Origin: a candidate division TM6 bacterium GW2011_GWF2_32_72
GTDB taxonomy: Bacteria; Babelota; Babeliae; Babelales; CAIQNR01
Direction: 5' to 3'
NCBI GenBank assembly: GCA_945882015.1
Contig: CAMCVM010000002.1
Span: 51,116 to 115,115, forward strand
Length of the DNA stretch: 64,000 nt
Positions 27,441 through 35,814 of this stretch are shown here, piece after piece (positions within the stretch are counted from its first letter, which is position 1; the number at the start of each line of letters is the position of its first letter). The notes below the pieces were generated by a model. That model made no database searches and had not been told where the DNA came from. It saw only the letters and a list, made by a program, of their open reading frames with translations. A program made the translations under genes and the position numbers.

Positions 27441-29821
27441 ACGCTAAACACTTGTTCGTCTTTTGTTCTTTCTTTCTTACCTTCTTATACAATCTTAAAG
27501 CTGACAATAGCCGAACTATTTTAAGTAACCTTCCTGGAAATATTGCTGCAAAAGATTTTGCTTTGCCTGCCGCTCCAGAAGAAAGAAAGCCGCTTGTTCT
27601 TGTTGACCCTGAAGACACAAAAGAGCAAGAGTTGCCGGTGGTTAACAAACCAACTCCTGCTGAAAAAAAAGAGCCGCTTGCAAAAAAAGAAGCTCATAAA
27701 AAACTGGTAGAAGAAGAGCAAAAATTTAGATTTTATTTTGAAGATGCAACACTTGCAAATGTGGTTGCGTATATTGAAACTCTTTTTAAAGTAACATTTT
27801 TACCTGATGATGCAATCACCCCGTTAATTGCAGGAGCGCTTCCGTTAAATGGCCATAAGATAACCTTTAAAACAAATAAACCGCTTTCTCGGCAAGAAGC
27901 TTGGGGAGTCTTTTTAAAGCTGCTTGACTTGGCCGGGCTTACCATTGTGCCAGGACCTACGCCACAATTTTATCGAATTACTTCTGTAACTGGAGCAAAT
28001 CAAGAACCGCTTCCCACCTACTTTGACACTCATTTAAAAGATATCCCTGATAATGCAGCAAAAATTCGATATATTTATTTTGTAAAAAATAATTCCCTTA
28101 CAACTATTCAAAATCTTGTAACAGCTTTAGCTAGTCAAACTGCAAAAATTCTTACTTTTCCTGATCTTAATGCGTTGATTATTATAGACAAAGGAAATAA
28201 TGTTCGATCGCTCATGAATATTATACAAGAACTTGATAAAGATACCCCAGAAGCAATGTCTGTTTTAAAGCTTAAAAAAACTGATGCAACAAAAGTTGCA
28301 GCGTTATATGGGTCTTTAATACAAACAGGGAGCGGACCAGGAGCTGCTCGCTCTGCCCAACAAAGAAAACAACCAGGGAATCTCTATTTTTCTACCGATG
28401 CCAGAATTATACCAGAACCTCGCACAAATCGGTTAATTCTGCTCGGACCCAAGAAAGATTTAGCAAAAATTGAAAATTTTATTATTAAACATATTGATAC
28501 AGATCTTGATATGCCGTATTCCCCTTTACATGTTTATCGGCTAGGAAATACCGATGCTGCAAACATTACTGCTATTTTACAGAAAGTAATTGGATTCGGA
28601 TCTTCAACCATAGCAGGAACTGTGGGCGGAACCCGTGACGGTCAAAAGTTCTTTAAATCAGGCAGTATTACTATTGTTCCAGAACCAGTAGGCAACTGGC
28701 TTATTATCCGAGCAGAAGACGATGATTTTGAAAAATTAGTAGAAATTATTAAGGTGCTTGATGTTGAACAGCCTCAAGTTTCTATTGAAGTGCTTATTGT
28801 TGATGTAGAGTCAACCAATAAAAAAGAATTAAGCGCTCAAATACGCAATAAATCTGATAGTTCATTAATTAAAAACACTAATTTTCAAAGCGCTCAGATA
28901 GGAGCTCCTCAAACAAACGCTGCTGATGGCTCACTGATTACAAACCTTATTTCTCTTGCAACAGGGGCTGCTAATGGAGCGGGAACAACTCTTTTAAGTA
29001 TTGGTGGAGCAGCTTCAGGAGGAGTTTGGGGAATATTTAAAATCTTAAAAACATATACTAATGCAAAAGTTGTTGAAAACCCTTTCTTGGTTGCAACTAA
29101 TAAATACCAAGCTTCGTTTGTTTATGGCAAAACTAGACGAGTATTGATGGCAACCGTTGGAGACGGCGGGCAAAGCTTTGGAGACAAATCTGCTTTACTT
29201 ACCCTAAAAGTTACGCCTCAAATTAATAGCGATGGGTTAATCACCATGACGATTGACTTAACCATTCAAGATTTTACGAATGAATCTTCCGAAAGCGCTA
29301 ATACAACTAATAATCAAATTACTACTTCGGTACAAATTAAAGACCAAGACGTATTAGCATTAGGCGGTATTGTTAAAAATAAAATTTCAACAATTGTAAC
29401 TAAGGTTCCTTTGTTAGGAGACATTCCACTTATTGGAAACCTGTTTAGAGGTAAAACAAAAGAACATATTGTTAGCAACTTGATGATCTTTCTTTCTCCG
29501 CGAATTATCATACCTTCAAAAAATTATCATGTTGAGCAATATACACATAATAAAACTGAAGAAATCAGAGAAACGCTGTCAACCATAACAACCGGAACAG
29601 CATCTCGTGATCCTGTTGATAAAATGTTCTTTGAATATGTAAATGAAAATGATTATCAAGCAACCTTTGATGATTTTATGGAACCTGAAATGAGCGATGC
29701 CCCTGAAAGAAAAAGAAATTCAAAAGGAACGCTAAAAGACCGTAAGAAAGAAAACAAAGAACGATCAGGTCAAAAAACTTCTAGCCAAAAGCGACTTGCA
29801 AGCAAAAGGAAGCAAAGATGA
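27437..29821 (+). CDS. gspD: GspD-type secretin 1 (794 aa)
   Basis: N0-like FRFYFEDATLANVVAYIETLF. Three secretin_N-like repeats (LNALIIIDKGNNVRSLMNIIQELD, RTNRLILLGPKKDLAKIENFI, GNWLIIRAEDDDFEKLVEIIKVLD). C-terminal signature VPLLGDIPLIGNLFRGKTK...LMIFLSPRII. The start overlaps the gspC-like stop by 4 nt. Confidence 0.85.
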   Translation: MNAKHLFVFCSFFLTFLYNLKADNSRTILSNLPGNIAAKDFALPAAPEERKPLVLVDPEDTKEQELPVVNKPTPAEKKEPLAKKEAHKKLVEEEQKFRFYFEDATLANVVAYIETLFKVTFLPDDAITPLIAGALPLNGHKITFKTNKPLSRQEAWGVFLKLLDLAGLTIVPGPTPQFYRITSVTGANQEPLPTYFDTHLKDIPDNAAKIRYIYFVKNNSLTTIQNLVTALASQTAKILTFPDLNALIIIDKGNNVRSLMNIIQELDKDTPEAMSVLKLKKTDATKVAALYGSLIQTGSGPGAARSAQQRKQPGNLYFSTDARIIPEPRTNRLILLGPKKDLAKIENFIIKHIDTDLDMPYSPLHVYRLGNTDAANITAILQKVIGFGSSTIAGTVGGTRDGQKFFKSGSITIVPEPVGNWLIIRAEDDDFEKLVEIIKVLDVEQPQVSIEVLIVDVESTNKKELSAQIRNKSDSSLIKNTNFQSAQIGAPQTNAADGSLITNLISLATGAANGAGTTLLSIGGAASGGVWGIFKILKTYTNAKVVENPFLVATNKYQASFVYGKTRRVLMATVGDGGQSFGDKSALLTLKVTPQINSDGLITMTIDLTIQDFTNESSESANTTNNQITTSVQIKDQDVLALGGIVKNKISTIVTKVPLLGDIPLIGNLFRGKTKEHIVSNLMIFLSPRIIIPSKNYHVEQYTHNKTEEIRETLSTITTGTASRDPVDKMFFEYVNENDYQATFDDFMEPEMSDAPERKRNSKGTLKDRKKENKERSGQKTSSQKRLASKRKQR

Positions 29822-31299
29822 TAAGAAACTTACTCACCCTTTTTGCGCCAGAACAACTACAGGGCAATTATTTAATCCCAACAACAGTGGTCAGTATTGT
29901 GATTGAGCATAACAAGCTCGTTGCAACGGTTGTTTTACTTAAAGGCACACAGGTCTTTATTCAAAAAATAATAACCGAGCCGCTTGAAGAAACTAAAACT
30001 ACCCTTTCTTTAAAAATTACTCAGGCATTAACAGCCCTTATTAAAAAAGTTGGACATTACGATAAAGTCATTACGTGCTTGCCCAGCAGCCTTGTCATGT
30101 TTAAACCGTTTTCATTTCCCTTTATCGACCCTGATAAAATTAAAATGGTACTTGGATATGAATTAGAAGGGCAGCTTCCGTTTTCAACACAAGATGCTTG
30201 TATCGATTTTATTATTACTCAAGAGCATATTGACCCTATAAAAGCAGACGTTATTATTGCTGCTGCCCAAAAAAAATTAATTGAAGAGTTTCTTAAGCCT
30301 TTTCATGATGCGGGCATAGCTGTTGCAAATCTTAGCGTCGATACTATTGGACTTTACAACTTGATTATGCGCAAGAAGGAAACGATTTCTTTAGCTAACA
30401 CGGTTATTATTGATTTACAGCATGACACAACTAAGCTACTTTTTTTTACTCACAACCAATTACGATACATTAGGACTTTGCGCTCTGGGTTAACAGTAAA
30501 AACAGATGAATTATGGCCAGCTTTAAACTTTACCCTTCAATCATGCATTAATGAACAAGCGGCGCAAGAACCATTAAAAATTATTCTGATTGATGCTCAT
30601 CAAGGTACGCAACTTGCTGCAATACAAGGCAATATTGAGTTACCTTCTGAAATTATAACTCTAGAAAAGCTTCTACAAGACAAAATCAATACACAAGGGT
30701 TAGTTAAAGTTGAATCTTTAAACTCATTGGCTATTGCTATCCCCTTTGAAAAAGGCCACAACTTTAGCTTACAAGAAACTATTACTCCTGAACAAAAACG
30801 ACTCATTGATTATCAAACCATTACAGCGCTGTTTTTTTCAATCAGTACAGTACTGCTTTTAGGAACGCATACCTTTTTACAAATTCGAAAACTTTCAAAT
30901 GAATTGACTGCTTCCCAAACCGAAGTTATGAACATTATTAAAGAAAACTTTCCTACTATTACGGCAAGAAACCGCCAAGATGCACTTAATTTTGCTGCCA
31001 AAGAAGTTCAAAATGAAGGAAAAATCTGGTCATCATTTGCATCAGAAACTCGTAAGTCATTTTTAGAATATTTTTATGATTTAAGTACAAAAATTGACAG
31101 AGAAACATTAGGGCTTAATTTAAAAAAGATGTTGATTAATAAAAATACCATCACCCTTGAAGGCAACGTAAGAAGCTTTGAAGCAGTAGAACAATTTGAA
31201 GCTCAATTGAAAGAAACAAAGCTCTTTAGCAATGTTCCTGATCTACAAAAAGTAGAGTTTTCAGTTGTTCTTCCTCTTGATAGCCAAGGAGTTCTTTAA
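29818..31299 (+). CDS. PilM-like / PilN-like fusion protein (GspL-like topology)
   Basis: The N-half resembles PilM (LPSSLVMFKPFSFPFIDPDKIKMVLGYELEGQLPFSTQDACIDFII; AAAQKKLIEEFLKPFHDAGIAVANLSVDTIGLYNL). One TM helix (ITALFFSISTVLLLGTHTFLQI). A periplasmic tail of about 135 aa follows. The start overlaps the upstream stop by 4 nt. Confidence 0.55.
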   Translation: MIRNLLTLFAPEQLQGNYLIPTTVVSIVIEHNKLVATVVLLKGTQVFIQKIITEPLEETKTTLSLKITQALTALIKKVGHYDKVITCLPSSLVMFKPFSFPFIDPDKIKMVLGYELEGQLPFSTQDACIDFIITQEHIDPIKADVIIAAAQKKLIEEFLKPFHDAGIAVANLSVDTIGLYNLIMRKKETISLANTVIIDLQHDTTKLLFFTHNQLRYIRTLRSGLTVKTDELWPALNFTLQSCINEQAAQEPLKIILIDAHQGTQLAAIQGNIELPSEIITLEKLLQDKINTQGLVKVESLNSLAIAIPFEKGHNFSLQETITPEQKRLIDYQTITALFFSISTVLLLGTHTFLQIRKLSNELTASQTEVMNIIKENFPTITARNRQDALNFAAKEVQNEGKIWSSFASETRKSFLEYFYDLSTKIDRETLGLNLKKMLINKNTITLEGNVRSFEAVEQFEAQLKETKLFSNVPDLQKVEFSVVLPLDSQGVL

Positions 31300-31301
31300 T
31301 T

Positions 31302-31862
31302 ATGACTTTACTCAACCAATTACAACAGATTTTTCTTACCCAGGACATTAAAGAATTTTACAAAAGAATCGGTCTTTACGCTGGAGTTATTGTTTTTTTA
31401 ATAGTTGGAACGCTCTATTATTACTACACCAGAACAAGCGATTTACATGCTGCTTTAAAAAAGGTTAATAAAGACAGACAAGAAGTACAACATCTACTGA
31501 AAAAATACAAAAGAGTCCTTGAGCAAAAAGAGGCCGTTAACACAATGCTTGAAGAAGAAAAAAACTTTAAGATACAAAGCTTTTTTGATAGCGTAGTGCA
31601 GCAACATCAACTCAAGGGCCAACAAAAACAAGATGCGCAGGTATCTGAAGAAGTATTATACAAACGATACACAGAAATAAAGCTAACCGCACAATTTAAA
31701 CAAATTAATACCCAAGAACTCTCTGAATTATTACGTTCTATAGAAGAAAAAAAACGAGTCTATATTAAAGATTTAGCAATCACTAAAACAAAAGGCGCTG
31801 CACTGGATATTTCATTAACAATTGCTACGCTTAAATCACAAAGCGAAACAAAAGCTCGATAA
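31302..31862 (+). CDS. bitopic PilO/GspM-like protein (186 aa)
   Basis: Single N-terminal TM helix (IGLYAGVIVFLIVGTLYYYY), then a coiled coil and a small C-terminal domain. The assignment rests on size, topology and operon position only. Confidence 0.4.
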   Translation: MTLLNQLQQIFLTQDIKEFYKRIGLYAGVIVFLIVGTLYYYYTRTSDLHAALKKVNKDRQEVQHLLKKYKRVLEQKEAVNTMLEEEKNFKIQSFFDSVVQQHQLKGQQKQDAQVSEEVLYKRYTEIKLTAQFKQINTQELSELLRSIEEKKRVYIKDLAITKTKGAALDISLTIATLKSQSETKAR

Positions 31863-31873
31863 AAAGGTTTATC

Positions 31874-34414
31874 ATGATTAAAAATTTATTTTTTCTTCTT
31901 TTAATAGGTACAACCTTTCATGCTCAAACAGATCAAAAGCAGACGCAAACAGAAACTAAAAAGGTCTGGTTTCGTTACAAAGAAGAACCGCTGATCAATA
32001 TCGTTAACGACCTTGCTGCGCAACGCAATGTAAATATTATGCCTCCTCAAGGAGCTGCCGCCTTAACTTCAAAAGTGACTTTTGAAGTTTCTCATAAAAT
32101 TTCTCTTGAACGAGCATGGCAATATATGATTACTATGCTCGATATTGCTGGATTTGCTATTGTTCCTAATACTCCGCTCAGTTTTATTGTCAAAAAAGAC
32201 CAGTCAGTTCATAAAGAAATTTTACCACTCTATATTGATGTTGCTCCACAAAATTTACCTGAAACCGATTTAACTATTCGTTATTTGCGATATTTAACTA
32301 ATCTACAAGTTCCAAATAGTACTGATGGAGCAAGTTCACCCCTTTCAATGCTCCTTTCTCAATTGCTTTCACCAGGGGCTTCTATTATTTACGAACCGCA
32401 ACTGAATGCTGTGTTAATCACTGATTCTGCACGCACCATTAAATCTGTGATGACTATTATTGATGAGTTGTCTGCTTGCATGCCGTTACAGAAACCTGCC
32501 TTTATCACCTTGAAACACACAACCGCCAGCCAAGTAAAAACGCTATTTGATCAACTGATTCCTGGACAAGCAACTAATGCTGCTCCTGCTGGGGCACAAG
32601 CTCAAATAGGAGCAAACAATTCTTCTTACTTTGCAAGAGGGACCAAGATAGTAGCTGACAATGCACACAATGTATTAATCTTACTAGGCAAACAAGAAGA
32701 CATAGACAAAATTGATGATTTTATTAAACAGTATATCGATCTTCCGCCAGAAAAAGGCCGCTCAATCTTACATTTTTACGATCTACAACACCTTGATTCT
32801 GTCTCTTTTGCTCCTGTTTTAACACAAATTGTGCAAGAACAAAGCTCTAGCCAAGCAGCGGGAGGATACGATGGTTATGGCTCAGGGACGGATCAATCAA
32901 CAAGTTCAAACGAAACCAGTATCTATAAAAAATTTCAAGGGGTTATTATTACCTCAGAAGGTTCTGTTACCGGAACAGGGGACTCTGGAAGTTCTTTAAC
33001 AGGAGGCTCACAGACAGGTAATCGTTTAATTATAGCTGCACTCAAAGACGATTGGATAAGAATAGAGGCGCTTATTAAAGAGCTTGATAAACCACAACTA
33101 CAAGTAGTCATTCATGGACTTATTGTTGATCTTTCTTACACAGGTCTTAAAAACTTTTCCCATCAAATTAGAAATGCTCAAAATCTTTTTCTAAAAAATG
33201 TAAATTGGCAAACAGGACATCTTGGTGGAATTGAAAATGGGACTACTTCAAGCAGCACAATCCCAACCGATGCTGCTGCGTTAAGAACAAACTTATTACC
33301 TCTCACGAGCACCAACAGCGCTGGCAATATGGCTAATAATGCTGAAAAGGGGACCTTTATTTTGTCATTTAAAGATGCCGCTTCTAATGGTATTTTTTTA
33401 ATTTCAAGCATGCTTAATCAGCAAACCGATAGTAAAATTTTATCTCGTCCTTTTTTAACTACCATGAATAATAAAGAGGTCTATTTTAAAGATTCAGAAA
33501 ACCGAAGAATTGATGGATCTGCTTCAGGACTTTCTGGAGTGCAAGTAGTTAACCAAGAAGATGTAGAAGCGAGCATCGATTTAAAAATATTGCCTCGCAT
33601 CAATCAAAACGGAATCATTAATTTAAGTATCACCATTAATGTTAATGAATTTGAAACCACAGGAAGTAGTACTCGAACAAATCGTACTCTTGTTACTAAT
33701 GTAAATCTTTATGATAAAGATATCCTAGTGCTTGGCGGATTAACTAAAACAAAATTAGAATACACTTGCAATAAAACTCCTCTATTGGGAGATATTCCAC
33801 TTCTTGGTAATCTTTTTAGGGGAAAATCAAAAACGGTAACCAAAAGCCATTTAATGATATTCTTGCGCCCAGAAATTATCAAACCTGATGACAAAAAAAT
33901 TACTCATCGTTTTTTCAATCAAGCACAAACTATTTTAGAGCAAGGCGAAGATAATTTCAGTACCCTAAAAGATCCTGTTTCTCGATGGTTTTTTGGAGCA
34001 GACCCAAAAGGAACAAGTGCAAAAGTTATTGAAGATTTTCAAGGCGAAACTGAATCAGTCACGCAACATATTGAATTATTACACCGCAATAAAATTGCAA
34101 TGCCGGAAGAAACTGATCAAGATACGTTTAGGGTAAAACAGAGCGTTAACGATCAAAATGAGACAAAAGAACCGTTTGCACTTGAACAACCAAACCTTGA
34201 AAAGCCTTCTTTAAGAACTCCAATTGACGTTGAAACACAAGAAAAAAATGCACAAAAAGAACTCAAACGTCTTTTTGCATTAGAAGATGAAGTTGTTCAA
34301 AAAAAAGAAAAAGTGCAAAAAGTTCAAGAAGAAATACAAGCAGAAGAAAGCCTTAAAGCACTTTTTCAAGATCCAGGACTTAGTAAAGTAATGACTGAAG
34401 AAGAAGATCTTTAG
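31874..34414 (+). CDS. GspD-type secretin 2 (846 aa)
   Basis: Signal peptide. N0-like WFRYKEEPLINIVNDLAAQRNVNI. Secretin_N-like repeats (LNAVLITDSARTIKSVMTIIDELS, HNVLILLGKQEDIDKIDDFI, GNRLIIAALKDDWIRIEALIKELD). Signature TPLLGDIPLLGNLFRGKSK...LMIFLRPEII. A charged C-terminal extension of about 170 aa follows. Confidence 0.85.
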   Translation: MIKNLFFLLLIGTTFHAQTDQKQTQTETKKVWFRYKEEPLINIVNDLAAQRNVNIMPPQGAAALTSKVTFEVSHKISLERAWQYMITMLDIAGFAIVPNTPLSFIVKKDQSVHKEILPLYIDVAPQNLPETDLTIRYLRYLTNLQVPNSTDGASSPLSMLLSQLLSPGASIIYEPQLNAVLITDSARTIKSVMTIIDELSACMPLQKPAFITLKHTTASQVKTLFDQLIPGQATNAAPAGAQAQIGANNSSYFARGTKIVADNAHNVLILLGKQEDIDKIDDFIKQYIDLPPEKGRSILHFYDLQHLDSVSFAPVLTQIVQEQSSSQAAGGYDGYGSGTDQSTSSNETSIYKKFQGVIITSEGSVTGTGDSGSSLTGGSQTGNRLIIAALKDDWIRIEALIKELDKPQLQVVIHGLIVDLSYTGLKNFSHQIRNAQNLFLKNVNWQTGHLGGIENGTTSSSTIPTDAAALRTNLLPLTSTNSAGNMANNAEKGTFILSFKDAASNGIFLISSMLNQQTDSKILSRPFLTTMNNKEVYFKDSENRRIDGSASGLSGVQVVNQEDVEASIDLKILPRINQNGIINLSITINVNEFETTGSSTRTNRTLVTNVNLYDKDILVLGGLTKTKLEYTCNKTPLLGDIPLLGNLFRGKSKTVTKSHLMIFLRPEIIKPDDKKITHRFFNQAQTILEQGEDNFSTLKDPVSRWFFGADPKGTSAKVIEDFQGETESVTQHIELLHRNKIAMPEETDQDTFRVKQSVNDQNETKEPFALEQPNLEKPSLRTPIDVETQEKNAQKELKRLFALEDEVVQKKEKVQKVQEEIQAEESLKALFQDPGLSKVMTEEEDL

Positions 34415-34468
34415 ATCCTCACGCTACGCCCATGTTCGGCGTAGCTAAAAGCAAAGACGGATCAGGAT
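34415..34468. other. GC-rich nested hairpin between convergent genes
   Basis: The inner perfect 8-bp stem pairs GCTACGCC (34423-34430) with GGCGTAGC (34438-34445) around a 7-nt loop. The outer pair is atcct (34415-34419) with aggat (34464-34468). No U-tract follows on either strand. Confidence 0.4.
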
Positions 34469-34478
34469 GACAGAACTA

Positions 34479-35732
34479 TTAAAAATTAAGTAAATCCATA
34501 GTCAGCGTTTCTTCAATTTCCAATAATCGATTATACTTTGCCATACGTTCCCCACGGCAAGGGGCGCCTGCTTTTATTTGCCCAGAACTTGTTCCTACAG
34601 CTAGATCGGCAATAAATGTATCGTTCGTTTCGCCCGATCTGTGTGAAATGATTGCATTCATGCCAACTTCTTGACAGACCGCAATTGCTTGAAATGTCTC
34701 AGTGACTGTTCCAATTTGATTCGGTTTAATAATTACAGCATTAGCTATTTCTTGTTCAACGCCTTTAATAATTTCTTGAGAATTGGTAGCAAAAATATCA
34801 TCCCCAACAATTTGTAAGGTGTTACCAAATTGCTCAAAAAGCATTTTCCAGCCTTCAATATCGTCTTGTGAAAAACCGTCTTCTATAGAAAATAAAGGAT
34901 ATTCGCGTTCTAATTTTTTATAAAATGCAAACAGTTGCTCGCTCGTTTTTTCTCCCTGTTTCCAACGATACATTCCTGTTTTTTGATTATACAGCTGATC
35001 AGCTGCTACATCTAAACCTATTCTAAAAAGATCTTGGTTGTCCGTGTTTTTTAATGCCGTAACAATAAAATCAAATGGTTCGTATTCTGTGGCAAAGACT
35101 GGACAAAACCCGCCCTCATCACCAACTGCTGTGCTCTTTTTAGCTTCTTGTAATAATCGCTTTAATTCATAAAAAACTGTGACTGATGCTTCTAACGATG
35201 CTCTAAAATTTTGTGCGCCAATCGGGACTAACATAATTTCTTGAATAGGAAAATGATTATCAGCATGCACTCCTCCATTAAATACATTTAATAAAGGAAA
35301 CGGCAAAGAAACAGACTCAGCCCCATAGAGCTCTGCTATCATTTCAAAAAGTTCCAAATTCTGTGCCGCAGCTTGCGCTTTACATACTGCCATACTAACA
35401 GGTAATGTTGCATTTGCACCCAAAATACGTTTGTCTGGGGTAGCATCTAAGTCTTGCAAGATATCGTCAATAGCAACAAGGTCAGGCTCTTGGCCAATAA
35501 TTTTTGAACCAATTATATATTCAATATTATGAATAGCCTTTAAAACCCCTTGCCCCATTAAGCGATTTTTGTCATGGTCTCTTAATTCAAAAGCTTCTTT
35601 TTTTGAACAAGACTTACCTGAAGGGACAGATGATTTAACCGTTACGCCATTTTCAAGAGTAATTTCACATGATACTGTTGGTAAGCCACGAGAATCAAAA
35701 ATTTCTCTGCCAATAACTTTTTTTATCTTCAC
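34479..35732 (-). CDS. eno: enolase
   Basis: N-terminus IGREIFDSRGLPTVSCEITLENG plus the conserved motifs SHRSGETNDTFIADLAV and GQIKAGAPCRGERMAKYNRLLEIE. Confidence 0.95.
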   Translation of the reverse strand: MKIKKVIGREIFDSRGLPTVSCEITLENGVTVKSSVPSGKSCSKKEAFELRDHDKNRLMGQGVLKAIHNIEYIIGSKIIGQEPDLVAIDDILQDLDATPDKRILGANATLPVSMAVCKAQAAAQNLELFEMIAELYGAESVSLPFPLLNVFNGGVHADNHFPIQEIMLVPIGAQNFRASLEASVTVFYELKRLLQEAKKSTAVGDEGGFCPVFATEYEPFDFIVTALKNTDNQDLFRIGLDVAADQLYNQKTGMYRWKQGEKTSEQLFAFYKKLEREYPLFSIEDGFSQDDIEGWKMLFEQFGNTLQIVGDDIFATNSQEIIKGVEQEIANAVIIKPNQIGTVTETFQAIAVCQEVGMNAIISHRSGETNDTFIADLAVGTSSGQIKAGAPCRGERMAKYNRLLEIEETLTMDLLNF

Positions 35733-35814
35733 AAATCTATCCTTTTTTTATAATTCCTGGATAAATTTTAAGCATACATGCTTTTACACACGGTTCAAAT
35801 TATTGGCGATACTT

